Of a DNA stretch of 64,000 bases, positions 50,956-64,000 are shown one piece after another (position 1 is the stretch's first letter; each line of letters begins with the position of its first letter). The DNA is from the human T2T-CHM13v2.0 reference genome, Homo sapiens. Where the stretch lies: assembly GCF_009914755.1 (NCBI RefSeq), contig NC_060941.1. One strand, 5' to 3'. A program made the position numbers and the translations under genes. Below the pieces are notes generated by a model, which saw only the letters and a program-made list of their open reading frames with translations, searched no databases and was not told where the DNA came from.

Positions 50956-53307
50956 GTAGATGACAATATTAATGACACCCACCTCACAGGGTTGTGGATA
51001 GCATTGAACAAGGTGATATACATGTGCACGTCTCTCTCCCCGTCTCGCTCTCTACTTCTATCTCTGTATGTACACAATACCCAGCCCATAGTAAGTCCTG
51101 AACAAATGCTTGCTATTGCCATTATGTGATTCTGGAACTTCACTAAATTTACCATGTCTTCTATTTTTTGTCACTTCCCAACTGCATACCTTGCCTCCTT
51201 CCCTCTAAAGTGTAGCAGTAAATACCATATCATAAGAAGGGTCCTAGCCTTGTCTCTAGAGGCAGCAAGGTGGAACAATCAATGTGTCCCACTGAGGCAG
51301 GAGGATGGGGTCAAAGAAGACCAAAGCAATAGGGTGAATTTGGCGGTGGGGTGCTACCTAAAAAGGCAGTGATCCTCTGGGAGCACTGGATGGAAGAGGG
51401 GAGACATCTGGGATCCCCTCTGAGCCAGAGACAGAGTCCTGTGACACAATCATCATTCCATTCCTAACAGGATCCCTAACTGAGGCCCCTTTACACCCTG
51501 AGCAGGAAGGTCCTAATGTTTCCTCTAAAGCTTCATGCGCATTCCACAGCATTTCTAGCCTGCACCTAATTCTAGCTAATTAGAGCAGGGGAAAGAACTA
51601 CCTCCTCTGAGGATCTCCATCTTGCTATGTCTGGCAGTTCACCACCATTACCCTCACTCAACATCAGTTTTATAATCTCATAATGGGTTTTTCTAAAATT
51701 CACAAGCACTTAAAGACCTCAAAACTATAAAAACCTAAGGTTCCTTTGGACACCATCGAATCTAAGAACAGAATCACAAAGAAAAATTCTTGGCTACTGT
51801 TTAATCCCTAAAAGAAGCTGTATCCAAATTTATCAACAAAATGTTTATAATCTTGAAGATGTAGTATAGTTCTTAAATAAAAGATATATAAGATAAATTT
51901 TAGTTATTTTTTCTACTTTAGTAATAGATATATCTAATTAAATACTTGAAAGTTCATTTAATTTTTAATTCAGGAAGTCATTCATGATTGAGGCAATTTA
52001 AACAACTCGGGAAAAACCTCAAACCCTGATGAAATTCCATTAGCTATGTGGATACTTTAATGGTACACTGAACTAATGTTGAATTATGATGATTCTCTGT
52101 TGAGATACCTATGCAGTCTACCAATTCCCTTTTGGGAATTCATGCTTTTAGCTTTTAATGATTGAATCAGTTGATTAGATGGATACAATACAGTTTCAAG
52201 GTTACCTTTTATAGTTCACTCCTCAGAGGAAGAACATTTGCTCCAGCCTTCCCTTGAAATTCAGTGGTCCCATAGAGCTTACGTAAGCATAGTTCCTCTT
52301 AGAACTGCCCTGTGCATTTGTGTTTTGCCACCTTCATGGCATATGATGGAGGGCGCAGAGACATCCCTTTTTGGGGGAGTGAGGCACGATTGGGAGCTGC
52401 TTCCAGTCTGTTTCTAAAATCAGGGCTATAGCAACTCCAACCATCTGTCCACCAACCATATGCGAGGTCCCGTGATCTCAGACTGAATTTTTTCATGAAG
52501 GTCACCTTTCCCTTTAACAGATAGATTCACAGGGCTGGAGGAACGTTGGCGATCACGTAGCCCATTGCCTTTATTTCACCAATGAGGAAACAGGCCCAGA
52601 GAGGGCAGATGGTTTTCCCAGTGTTTCAGAGCTAGGGAAGGACTGGAATACAGGTGCTCCATCACATGCTTTTTCTACCATGCCTTATTACCTCTGTGCT
52701 CCTAAGGACCAAAGGTAGTGCAGACTGGACCAGACCTTATGATTTGATTTTCATGTTCTAGGGGTGGAGTAGGAGAGATATAGGGTGGAAAAGGAGGGAA
52801 GTCGTTAAAAGGAAAGGTAGAGTCAGACATAGTGTCTGTCTACCCTCGAGGATCTTTTTTATAACCTTAATAGAGAAGCAGTACAGATATACTCCAAGCA
52901 ATTAGGAGAACATTATAAGATAATATATAATTAGGTACTAAATTACATGGCATAGAGAATGGAGAAACCTTTATGTATTTTAAGAGCCTAGAAGTCTTTA
53001 TGAAGGGGTTGGGCACATAAAGTTGCTTTGAATCTTGAAAGCATATAGTTTGTTGAACAGATGAGGGTTTCTTCTGTATGTTAGAAATAGTCTGAGATTT
53101 TGATGTGGCTCTGGAGTCATACAGCCTTGAGAAGCTTACAGAAATACTTCAAGCCTTAGCTTCCTTATCTATTAAATGGGAATAAAATACAATCATTGAG
53201 AGAAGGTTTGTCTAAACAGAAATATTCAGTTGCAGTCAGAGGAGTTAAACTGAGCTTCTCACACAAGGAACATTGGACAGGGAGACAAAGACAACATGTT
53301 TCCCTAG

Positions 53308-53662
<355 letters not shown>

Positions 53663-53718
53663 TGCAGCTCACTCTTATTTATGAAGGAAGGACCACCAAA
53701 CAACAACTTACTACAGTA

Positions 53719-54249
53719 TTTTTTTTTCCTTTTCTTTTTTCTTTTACTTTAAGTTCTGGGATACATGTGCAGAACATGCAGGTTTGTTACACAGATATAC
53801 ATGTACCATGATGGTTTGCTGCACCTATCAACCCGTCATCTGGGTTTTAAGCCTTGTGTACATTAGGTATTTGTCCTGATGCTCTCCCTCCTCTTTCCCT
53901 CCACTCCCGACAGGCCCCAGTGTGTGATGTTCCCCTCCCTGTGTCCATGTGTTCTCATTGTCCAACTCCCACTTACGAGTGAGATCATGCAGTATTTGGT
54001 TTTCTGTTCCTGTGTTAGTTTGCTGAGGATGATGGTTTCCAGCTTCATCCATGTCCCTATAAAGGACATGAACTCATTCTTTTTTATGGCTGCATGGTAT
54101 TCCATGGTGTATATGTGCCACATTTTCTTTATCCGGTCTATCATTGATGGGCATTTGGGTTGGTTCCAAGTTTTGCTATTGACAATAGTTCTGCAATAAA
54201 CATACATGTGCATGTGTCTTTATACCCAAAGGATTATAAATCATTCTAC
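53719..54249 (-). mobile_element. 5'-truncated L1PA (PA7/8-like) with short 5' inversion
   Basis: Antisense 3'UTR and ORF2 end up to gtgtctttata (54224), then sense-strand tatacccaaaggattataaatcattctac. Confidence 0.93.
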
Positions 54250-54462
54250 AGGCTTTTTAAATCTGAGGGTATTTAGTCTTCACCTATCCCTTCATTTACA
54301 TATAGTGCTCTGTAATCTTGATATGCCTTTGATTCACTGAGGGTCCTCTAGGGGTTGGGATGAGAGGGCCATGTGACATCATTGGTGCACAATATGGAAA
54401 GAGCTCAAATCTATCTGGAAACCTTTTAGTCCTTGTGAGAAGGTATCATCTTTGTGAGAAGT

Positions 54463-54497
54463 GATCTTCCATCTTGTCACCTCATCAGTAACTTGTA
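54463..54497 (+). repeat. Dispersed direct repeat C, copy 1 (identical to 56236-56270)
   Basis: gatcttccatcttgtcacctcatcagtaacttgta, 35/35. Confidence 0.97.
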
Positions 54498-55594
54498 TGA
54501 CCTAAATACACAAGAAAGAGGTAAGATTATGGCATGAAACCTCCAAGAAGAATATATGAAGAGCTGGTGAAATTGCTTGGTGGACTCGGCGCTTCCTCGT
54601 CTCCTGATGGCTCTTGGAATGGGATGTGAATGCGGAGATGAACTTGGAGTGAAATGTGAAGATGATGTGAGAGCACGTAAACTGGAAAAAAGAGGGTGAA
54701 ACGTTACAGTGTTATTCGTATATGCATTGATAAAATATATTCTATTTAGTTCCACTTTGGTGTTTCATTGCCCACGCCCATAATGTAGGTGAACACAATG
54801 TAGATAAAAACAATTCTGAAAATTCTGACAACCAGACCAGTCTTACTCATCTTCTCATTAACTCATGGCTTCCAAAAGCCATTGGCTGCTAAAAGAAAGG
54901 AAGGCTTCTAGCAGAAGAAACACCTAGTTCTTAGGGTCGTGTGATGGATAAGTGAAATAGGAGTATAAAGTGTCTGTCATAGAGCCTGGAATACAGTAAA
55001 TATATAATAAATGGATATTTATTTCCTAGACTGCAGTTCCCTGAGATGTGTGTGGTTTACTTAAAGCCAAAATGAACTACAACAACCACTAGTTTCCGTT
55101 GATAGGTTGACCCTGTCTCTGACTTCCAGCCTATGCACTGGAGAGAAAGGTCTTCCCTGAGAAAGAGACCCCACCTGGTCAACAAAAGGGTGGGGTTTGA
55201 GGGTAAGGAGAGAGTTGATGAGATCCACCCTTAGTCGTGGAACAGAAAAGCAGACCATTCACTGACAGCCACTAAGAAATGGAGTTAGAGACATAGAAAC
55301 AGAGTGCATTGTAGGATTCTGGGAGCTTTGTCTCTTTTCCTTGTTAGCTTTGGTTCTTGATGTCTGTGTTTGTATCATTAACTAAAAAGTGCTGCAATAA
55401 GAAGGTCTCTTTTGCTTGTTTTCAGAAATACTATGGATGGGGATACAGCTGATATTGTTGTGGATAGTCACCTGGGGGAGAGCAGAAAGTGACAGCTGTG
55501 CAGATGACAGAAAGCAGTTAGACTCCCTGGGGTTTTTGGGAAGATAGGAGCAGAGTGTTGTACAATTGCTCCAAGGCAGGACATTATGTTAAAC

Positions 55595-55882
55595 TTTTCT
55601 TTTTTTTTTTTTTTGAGATGGAGTCTCACTCTGTCATCCAGGCTGGAGTGCAGTGGTGCGATCTCAGCTCACTGCAAACTCTGCCTCCCAGCTTCAAGCG
55701 ATTCTCCTGACTCAGCCTCCTGAGGGATTACAGGCCACTGTGCCTGGCTAATTTTTGTAGTTTTAGTAGTGATGAGGTTTCACTATGTTGGTCAGACTTG
55801 TCTCGAAACTCTGACCTCATAACCCACCCGCCTGGGCCTCCTAAAGTGCTGGGATTACAGGCGTGAGCCACCGCGCCCACCC
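55595..55882 (-). mobile_element. AluS with small internal deletions
   Basis: TSD tatgttaaac at 55585-55594 and 55883-55892. Confidence 0.95.
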
Positions 55883-56235
55883 TATGTTAAACATTTTTAC
55901 TCAGAAGTTGTAAATTAATTCTCTTGTCTATATAAACATAATCATTTTAAAATTAAGATATATAATAATATAGCATCTACTGTTCAACCCAAAGCAGAAA
56001 TATTTTCTCCAGAATCACTGAAAAGGAGGGTGATTATGCTTGCATGTGTTCAACAAAGAGGATTTCACCCTATTCATAGGCAACTTTTCCTATAACTGAG
56101 TTTTAAAAATAAATTATATTCCACTTATTAGAAAGCTCTTCCTTATAATTAAGCTGAAATCTGGCTTCCTCAGATTTTTTTTTCTTGGCTTGTAACTAAG
56201 GTCTACTACAGCACAATGGTTTGTCCAGACTTATA

Positions 56236-56270
56236 GATCTTCCATCTTGTCACCTCATCAGTAACTTGTA
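56236..56270 (+). repeat. Dispersed direct repeat C, copy 2
   Basis: Identical 35-mer at an offset of 1773 bp. Confidence 0.97.
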
Positions 56271-56567
56271 ACTTCTAATTGCTTCTCTTCAGTCTTATTC
56301 TGAGAGAAGAGAAGGTAGGGTGGTCCTCTTTTTCTAGGCATCAACTTCCTGTCCTACCTTTCTCCCTCCTTTTTGTCAAAATAAAAGTGGGCCCTTCACC
56401 TGTTCTTGGCATGAGCATGATGTTAGCGGGATGGGGAGATCAGTCCCAGTTGGGCCTGAAAACAACTTGTGGTCATGTGGACCTCCCATCTCTAACAGCT
56501 AAGCATCTAGTACTATTATATTTTCTTATGGCGTCTCCCTCTAGGTGTTTTTAAACATATTTACATT

Positions 56568-56823
56568 AAAAAAATTTTTTTTTTACTTTAAGTTCTGGAA
56601 TATATATGCAGAAAGTGCAAGTTTGTTACATAGGTATACATGGGCCACGGTGGTTTCCTGCACCTATCAACCTGTCATCTAGATTTTAAGCCACACACGC
56701 ATTAGGTATTCATCCTAATGCTCTCCCTCCCCTTGCCCCCTACCCTCCGACAGGTCCCGGTGTGTGATGGTCCCCTCCCTGTGTCTATGTGTTCTCACTG
56801 TTCAAATTCCACTTATGGGAGTT
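56568..56823 (-). mobile_element. L1PA 3'UTR fragment, about 250 bp
   Basis: tactttaagttctgg...cattaggtattcatcctaatgctctccc; TSD atatttacatt at 56557-56567 and 56824-56834. Confidence 0.92.
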
Positions 56824-56848
56824 ATATTTACATTTCAAAAGCAAGTCC

Positions 56849-57125
56849 TGCAGGGCGCGGTGGCTCAGGCCTATAATCCCAGCATTTTAGGAGGCCAAAG
56901 TGGGTGGATCATCTGAGGTCAGGAGTTTGAGACCAGCCTGGCCAACATGGTAAAACCCCATCTCTACTAAAAATACAAAATTAGCAAGGCATGATGGCAT
57001 GCACCTGTAATCCCAGCTACTCGGGAGGCTGAGGCAGGAGAATCACTTAGACCGGGAGGTGGAGGTTGCAATGAGCAGAGATTGCACCACTGCACTCCAG
57101 CCTGGGTGACAGAGTAAGGCTCTGT

Positions 57126-57164
<39 letters not shown>
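56849..57164 (+). mobile_element. AluS with A38 tail
   Basis: TSD aaaagcaagtcct at 56837-56849 and 57161-57173. Confidence 0.97.
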
Positions 57165-57169
<5 letters not shown>

Positions 57170-58679
57170 TCCTTACAAATTTGGCTGCCCTTTTAAGAAA
57201 ATGCTGAAAATCTATAATTTATATTTGCATATAAATTATGTTGTACCTCTTCTCCTCCCTAGTCGAGATTTTTGGGGGCCTGCTCATACATATCCCATTA
57301 AGTCATGGAGGATTTTATTTCCCCAGACATGAGATTGAAATAGGTTGTGAAAACACTGCCTAATGATCCCTCCCGGATCTCTTGTGGATTAAGTGTCCCT
57401 CAAGTGCTGGGAAAGTTCCACAGTATCACTGAGTTCCTGCCTTGGTTCAGGCCAGATCCTACATTCTGGGCTACCCCGAAGACCAAGACCACACTGTCTT
57501 CCCTTAAAGGATTTTCAATCATTTCTTTTCCTTTGGATGAGACTATCATTAGGCAGATTGATAAAGTTATTATTACTTTCTTAAAATCTTTCTCTGATCT
57601 GAAGTAAAAAAAAAAAAAAAATAGAGTCCTGCAAAGTTTTGGTCAAAGAAATGTCTACTCCTGATTTGATTTGGGAACTGTCAGTGTTTGTGCATATGGG
57701 GCACTGAGCTCTGCACGCATCCACATCAGCCTCCTCCCTACTGACAGCAGGCCCGTCTCTCCCAGGGACACAGATATCATTATTCCTTGCAAGTGCATGG
57801 CACACTGTCAGGAGTTTGTTCTAGAAGAGCAAAAAGGCCCAGAAACAATCTTGAAGAGGAGAGAGGAGGGAAGGGATGGAGAACAAGACTCCCTGTTCTG
57901 TTGACTTGGAAACTCTTCGCTTTGGAGCAGCAGCAGATCAGCCCCCATGTCTCTTCCTAGCCTCTGTTTTGTTGTTGTCCTTTTTCATTTTTACCCTCTC
58001 TTCTCTTGTCTCCAAAGTATTGTTGTGAGATATGAGGAAAAGAGAGGACAAAAACCATCGTAGTTCATCACTATCAACAGAAAGGGAATAACTGGAGTTA
58101 TTTCTTATCATCACCTCAACTGCTCTACCAATACTCATCTCTAGCCTTAAAAGAGGAGGGAGGACCTACATCATTGGTTAAGGATTTTGCCTTTTATTCT
58201 CCCTCAATGTAGAAATAACGTAGTTAAGTGTTGGCCTAGATAGACTAGCAAAGTGGTATCAAAATATAGCTGGTTTTGTGTGAGAGGAAAGATGAATTCT
58301 CCACAATTCCTGACTTCTCACATCACCAAGGAAAATCCAGAAATCACTGGAGACCTAGGAAGGCCAGGCATTCATAGTAACAGGGCACTAAATCATTAAC
58401 AGCAGACAGGGGATCTCAGTATATCAATGTTAAACACAAGCTTGAGCCTCTGGCTGACCAGAAGGCCTAATGACAGGCAGGCAGCCTTCTAGACAAAGGC
58501 AGTTCAGGACGTTGGAGAGATACACTGGCAGTGAGATAGAGACTACAAATCAAAGGTTGAAGGCTATCAAGTTGCCCTTTATTTACACCCAGCCCTGGAA
58601 TCTGAAGCCAACCAGTAGACTGCTGCAAAGCTCCAAATCTTTAGCAATAGCCAGACTTTACCGCTGTCACCTGTTAAAA

Positions 58680-59140
58680 GTGTCATGTTGGCATTTAAAG
58701 ATTAGAAAATATCTAAAGTTAAAGTTAAGTATGTTTTTGCCACAGGATCCAGCAACTCCATTTCTAGAATATATTTACTCCAGATCAATGTATATAAATA
58801 TATTCCAAGGAGTAGATTCTGAAATACATGCCAGATAATGCAGGTTTCTATGCAGGCCCTTCGGAAGGCAGGCACAATGTTTCCTTTGTGCTGTTTGATT
58901 TTTATAGTGGAGACTTAGAACCAACACGGGCACCTACTGTTAGAATATGGACAAGTAAAATATGGCAAGTACATATTACGGAATATTATGTAGTAGTTAG
59001 ATAAAATTAACAAGATATATGTGTAACAACATAGATAGATTTTTAAAACACTGTTGAGTGAAACAAAGTTTGAAACAATGAGAGTTATAGTTGAATCTTA
59101 AGTAGACACACATGCATAAAGATCAAATATGTTAAAACGG
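58680..59140 (+). mobile_element. L1ME-like 3' fragment
   Basis: gatccagcaactccatttctagaatat...ggaatattatgtagtagtt...tgttgagtgaaacaaag. Confidence 0.65.
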
Positions 59141-59516
59141 GAGGCTGCATTGGAAATACGAAATAAGAAGAAAAGTAAAGAAAATTTAATTTTCTTTGAT
59201 GGAGGTGGTTTTTATGGAGGGGCAATAGGCAAATTACCTCCATAAGATGATAAGCATCCCAAGGGCCAATGTTATGTCTGTTTCGTTTACCATTGTATCT
59301 CTAGCATCAAGTGCAGTATTGGTTTTATAGAAATATTCTAAAATAATTGTTGAATTAATTACCTTACTAATTTAAAAAAACCCCAGAGAACCAAAGAAGA
59401 AGAGGAAAAGGGGGTTACTGGAGTACTGAAATATCCAAATAGGCTATCTGCATTCCTTTGTAATCGGGGAGCAGATAGTATACGCTGTTTTAATGAGACC
59501 TTCCGTTCTCTTTGTC

Positions 59517-59585
59517 TGTGTGTGTGTGTATGTGCGTGTGTGTGTGTGTGTACCTATGTGTTTGTGTTTGTGTGTGTGCATGTGT
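59517..59585. repeat. (TG)n microsatellite, interrupted
   Basis: Directly visible. Confidence 0.9.
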
Positions 59586-59795
59586 AGAAGACCTGGGTGT
59601 TGGAGCAGAAGGAATTGTGTATCCCCCATCAAATGTCACGGTAATGGTCTCAGATAGAAGCAGCATGATGAAAAGTGGAAGAGACCTAGACCAGAAGTTA
59701 GTCTTGGCCTCTTCTTTCTGAGATTTGTGTTTGATATGTATGAAGGCATTAGTACTGCATCACAGACTTATTGCTGGTTTAAAATAATCTATTGC

Positions 59796-60102
59796 AGCTG
59801 GGCACACTGTCTATGCCTGTAATCTGAGCACTTTAGGTGGCCAAAGTGGGAGGATCGCTTGAGCCAAGGAGCTCGAGACCAGCCTGGGCCACATAGTGAA
59901 ACCCTGTCTTGACAACAAATGATAATAAAAAACAATTAGCTGGGCTTGGTGGCACACACCTGTAATTCCAGCTACTCAGGAGGCTGAGGTGAGAGGATCA
60001 CTTGAGGCCAGAAACTGGAGGCTGCAGTGAATCGTGATCATGCCACTGCACTTCATCCTGGATGGGAGTAAGACCCTATCTCAATAAACAACTAAATAAA
60101 AG
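59796..60102 (+). mobile_element. AluJ
   Basis: gaggatcgcttgagcc and gaggctgcagtga; TSD taaaataa(t/a)ctattgca at 59780-59796 and 60103-60119. Confidence 0.95.
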
Positions 60103-61835
60103 TAAAATAAACTATTGCATATGGGCATGTTTAGACAGTTTAACTGGTTTGCCACATCTATATAAGTCATTATCATCTTGCCAAAGTAGTACAGCCTGCT
60201 GTCAGTATCAACTTCTGTACTGCTCAGATGTCAATCATCTTTTGCTTTCAAAGCCACTCATCTAGGTAGGGGGAACTTCATAGCAGAGCCAGGGCAGGGA
60301 GTTTTAGTAGCTATCCATGAAGAGTGCACTGTACCCATGAGAGCACTGTATTTCCCACTCTAAACACATTCCAGGCAAGGTCCTTTTTTAGATGAGTCTT
60401 CTTCCATTGGAGATCTCTAGAAGCTCATCAAATAACGTCCAGGCCCAGCTGTTGGTATTTGATGGTTTCTGTAATAGATAGTTTTTGTCTCATGTGAATC
60501 AAGACAGATACCAGTTAACCACAGTCTCCTCATCAGTGGCAGAGTTGTAAAGGGCCATTCACTGGGGGAAGGAAAGTTTCTTTTTCCTGTGGGGACATAA
60601 CAAATACAGCCAGGTTTAACATGGAAGAAGGGAAAAAGGGAGTGTACTTCCAAAAGCCCTTAACCTACTGTTGTTCCAAGGTATAAGGTAACCAATGAGA
60701 CATTTGTATGCTATTTTTAGAAAGACATTAAATAACACAATTTTTAGTCTTTCTCACTGCAACAAATTTATCTTTGCCCCAAGAGAGTGCTGCCTCTGTC
60801 TCTCCGTGGAACTAAACTATGATCTTCCCAGAGGTGTAAGAAGTTTCTGAGAGCCCTCCTATGCCCAGGCAGTGTCCTGTTCACCATGTTGGCCAGGCAA
60901 TGGGGATTTGGAGGACTACACCTAGGACAGTATTCCAAAAAAGACAAAAAAATAGTAAAAGGAAAAGGGGGTAAAATAAATAACTGTGTTTGGCGTGCTC
61001 ATTCATATTTTCACTAAATATTTATTGAGTCTTTGCCATATGCCTAGCACTGTGGGTGTAGTAATGAATAAGACAGGTGTGATCTGCATTCTCATGGAAC
61101 TTTCACATTGTGAGATTGTAATTCAAGGGATCCCCAACTTTTTGACCTGGCCTCAGAGGCATTCTAGCCTAGTGGTCAAGGGGGTTGGCTCTGGGGCCAG
61201 ACTCTTTGGGTTCTAGTTCTGGCTGGACCTACTACTGTTGGTTTGCCTGAATTTGGACAGGTTACTGTATTGGTTAAAGGCAGTTAATTGCAATGCAAAC
61301 CTCTTCCAACTTTTAGTCAAATCTGTTTTTCATCTCTTACACATGAATTGCTCATTCCAGCCGTCAGTACTTTGTACGTATTTTCCCCTACTTCTTGTCC
61401 GTTGATTTGTCTATAAGTTGCTCAAAGAGCTCAAATCTTGTGAACCCTAAGAAGTCTTCACTGATAAACCCCAGGTCATCTTAATTATTATTTACTCCCT
61501 CCTCCTCTCACCTGCATTTCTGTTCCAATAACCTTAGATTTCCACAATACCACTCTGACTTGTTCTCACTTCTGTTGTCATCTCTGGGTTCAGAGAAGAC
61601 AAGTGACTAGCGGAAGATCACACAGATAATTTCTAATGTTAGAGCTGGAATCCAAATTCTAGTCTATCTGATTTCAAATTCTGTGACTTTTGCTATGCTC
61701 TCCTGACTTCTATCACATCATAGAGGAGTCTAATAAAATATACTATTTCAATCACTGACATTTTATTGAGTCTTCACTATTTTCCAGGTCCTGTATAAAA
61801 TATACATAATTGCTATACATATTAATTATCATATT

Positions 61836-61964
61836 TTATTGTATTTTTTAGAGATGGGATTTCACCATGTTTCCCAGGCTGGTCTTGAAATCTTGAGCTC
61901 AAGTGATCCACCTGCCTCAGGCTCCCAAATTGCTGGGATTACAGGTGCAAGTCACTGTGCCCAG
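61836..61964 (-). mobile_element. Alu left monomer
   Basis: gtattttttagagatgggatttcacc...gtcactgtgcccag. Confidence 0.9.
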
Positions 61965-62058
61965 TATATGAAATACTAATTATATATTATATAATTATTA
62001 ACATTTTAGAGGCTAATAATTATGTCTATCGTATATAATATGTATCCTACACACATGA

Positions 62059-62500
<442 letters not shown>

Positions 62501-62591
62501 TACTCTTCATAAAGCTTTAAGAGGCAAATACTATTATTATCCCCATTTTATAGATAAGGAAACTAAGGCTTGCTGAAGTTAAGCAGGTTTT

Positions 62592-62881
62592 GGCCGGGTG
62601 CAGTGGCTCAGATCTGTAATCCCAGCACTCTGGGAGGCTAAGGCAGGTGGATCACAAGATCAGGAGTTCGAGACCAACTTGACCAACATGGTGAAACGCT
62701 GTCTCTACTAAAAATACAAAAATTAGCTAGGTGTGGTGGCATGCGCCTGTAATCCCAGCTACTCAGGAGGCTGAGGCAGGAGAGTCGCTTGAATCTGGGA
62801 GGCGGAGTTTACAGTAAGCCAAGATCACACCACTGAACTCCAGCCTGGGTGACAGAGCAAGACTCCGTCTCAAAAATAAAA
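62592..62881 (+). mobile_element. AluSg-like element inserted in a MIR
   Basis: gatcacaagatc (2-bp deletion form); TSD aagttaagcag(g/a)ttt at 62576-62590 and 62882-62896. Confidence 0.95.
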
Positions 62882-63639
62882 AAGTTAAGCAGATTTCCCA
62901 AGGTCACAAAACAAAAAAGATGAAATTTGAATCTGAATCTGTGAATTTGTATCCTTTTCATTATTTGTGTTTTACTGTACTTAGTACACTGGTTGTCCAA
63001 CAGTTATGCCAAAATAAGTGCTAACTGATCATTAAATTATATCTGAGTTCCTACAGCCTTTTCTTGAGCATTCTCTGTACTGATTACGTGGGCTGAAAGA
63101 TCAATGGGCTTTGGCTTAGTGTGGATTTTCTGGGCTTCCTGAACTCTTCCCTGGTGTGATGTCAAGTCCTCTGATAAGTTTTCGTCTCTCCTTAGGTCTT
63201 TCAAATCCCAAGGTGGTATCAAGGGCTGCTGCCCAGATCCCAAACTCCTACCACGGCTTATGGGTGCCTGGGACAGTCCCGAAGGCCTAAGGTCTTGCTC
63301 AATCAATGGCCTTGCATTGGCCCTGAGATTCTGATTACAGTTGTTTTGCAAATAATGAGAAATTTGAAAAATATTGCTGTCCCCTAAATTGAGCCAGTCC
63401 TAACACTCACAAAATCCATAATGGTATAGATACCCAGATAGACCTTAACTGTGATTTAATAGTGCTCACTGTAATTTAGCCCCAGGGAAATGTGCTTTCA
63501 ATTAACCAATGTAAGCACAATGTCTACTTATCCCATAAATGTTCTCCTAAATGTGCTAATTAAGACCTAGATCCAGTGCTTCTCATATTACACTCTCTTT
63601 CCTTTCTCCTAAATGCCTCTCTACTTCAGGATCACTTTA

Positions 63640-64000
63640 TGCTTATCTGGAGTGTGGGCATAGTAGTCTATTGTCTGCCTCCAATTTTGCCCTATGTGCC
63701 TTAATTCATTCTCTACAGGGCTTAAATCTGTTAACAACGAAAAACAAAAAACAAAACCCCTTTAGTGACTCACCCTGTTTAACTACACTCTAACTTCTGG
63801 CCTCCTCCATATTATGGCCTCTCACCCACCCTTCCTGTCTCATCTTCTATTTTTCACTAACATCATCCAAACTCTTCTACATCCAGGTCTCTGTGCTGTT
63901 CTCTCTTTCTGAACTACTCTACCTCCATCTGTTCACCTGAAAACCCCACCTCTTCCAAAGCCTCCAAGAAAACCATTTGGTAACCAATCTGCTTGGATAT
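63640..64000 (+). mobile_element. L2 fragment
   Basis: tctgcctccaatttt...aaaacccctttagtgactcaccc...ctctgtgctgttctctctttctgaact. Confidence 0.55.

Noticed and set aside
63037-63351. 104-aa minus-strand ORF with protein-like composition
   Set aside because: Non-ATG start, no recognisable domain and no convincing splice context.

Overview
This is simian primate (most likely human) nuclear DNA, intergenic or deep intronic. The evidence is AluJ/S/Y, L1PA, THE1/MST LTRs and many old MIR, L2, L1M and hAT relics. I find no credible protein-coding exon, RNA gene, CpG-island promoter or CRISPR array; the ORFs I could trace come from Alu, L1 or simple repeats, and the rest look like chance frames. Repeat subfamily names are recalled from consensus sequences and need RepeatMasker confirmation. 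Four signals are not explained by repeat annotation. (1) Five short, same-orientation local duplications of different ages: a 54-bp tandem pair, a 117-bp pair 1740 bp apart, a 184-bp pair 1265 bp apart, a perfect 35-bp pair 1773 bp apart, and a 72-bp templated insertion of one Alu into its neighbour. (2) A CTCF site with correctly spaced core and upstream motifs. (3) A roughly 200-bp insert ending in AATAAA plus an A-run inside a Charlie1 element, possibly an mRNA 3'-end retrocopy. (4) CpG-rich patches, HOX/PBX/MEIS motif clusters and two candidate non-coding exons. I cannot support a new biological system from sequence alone.
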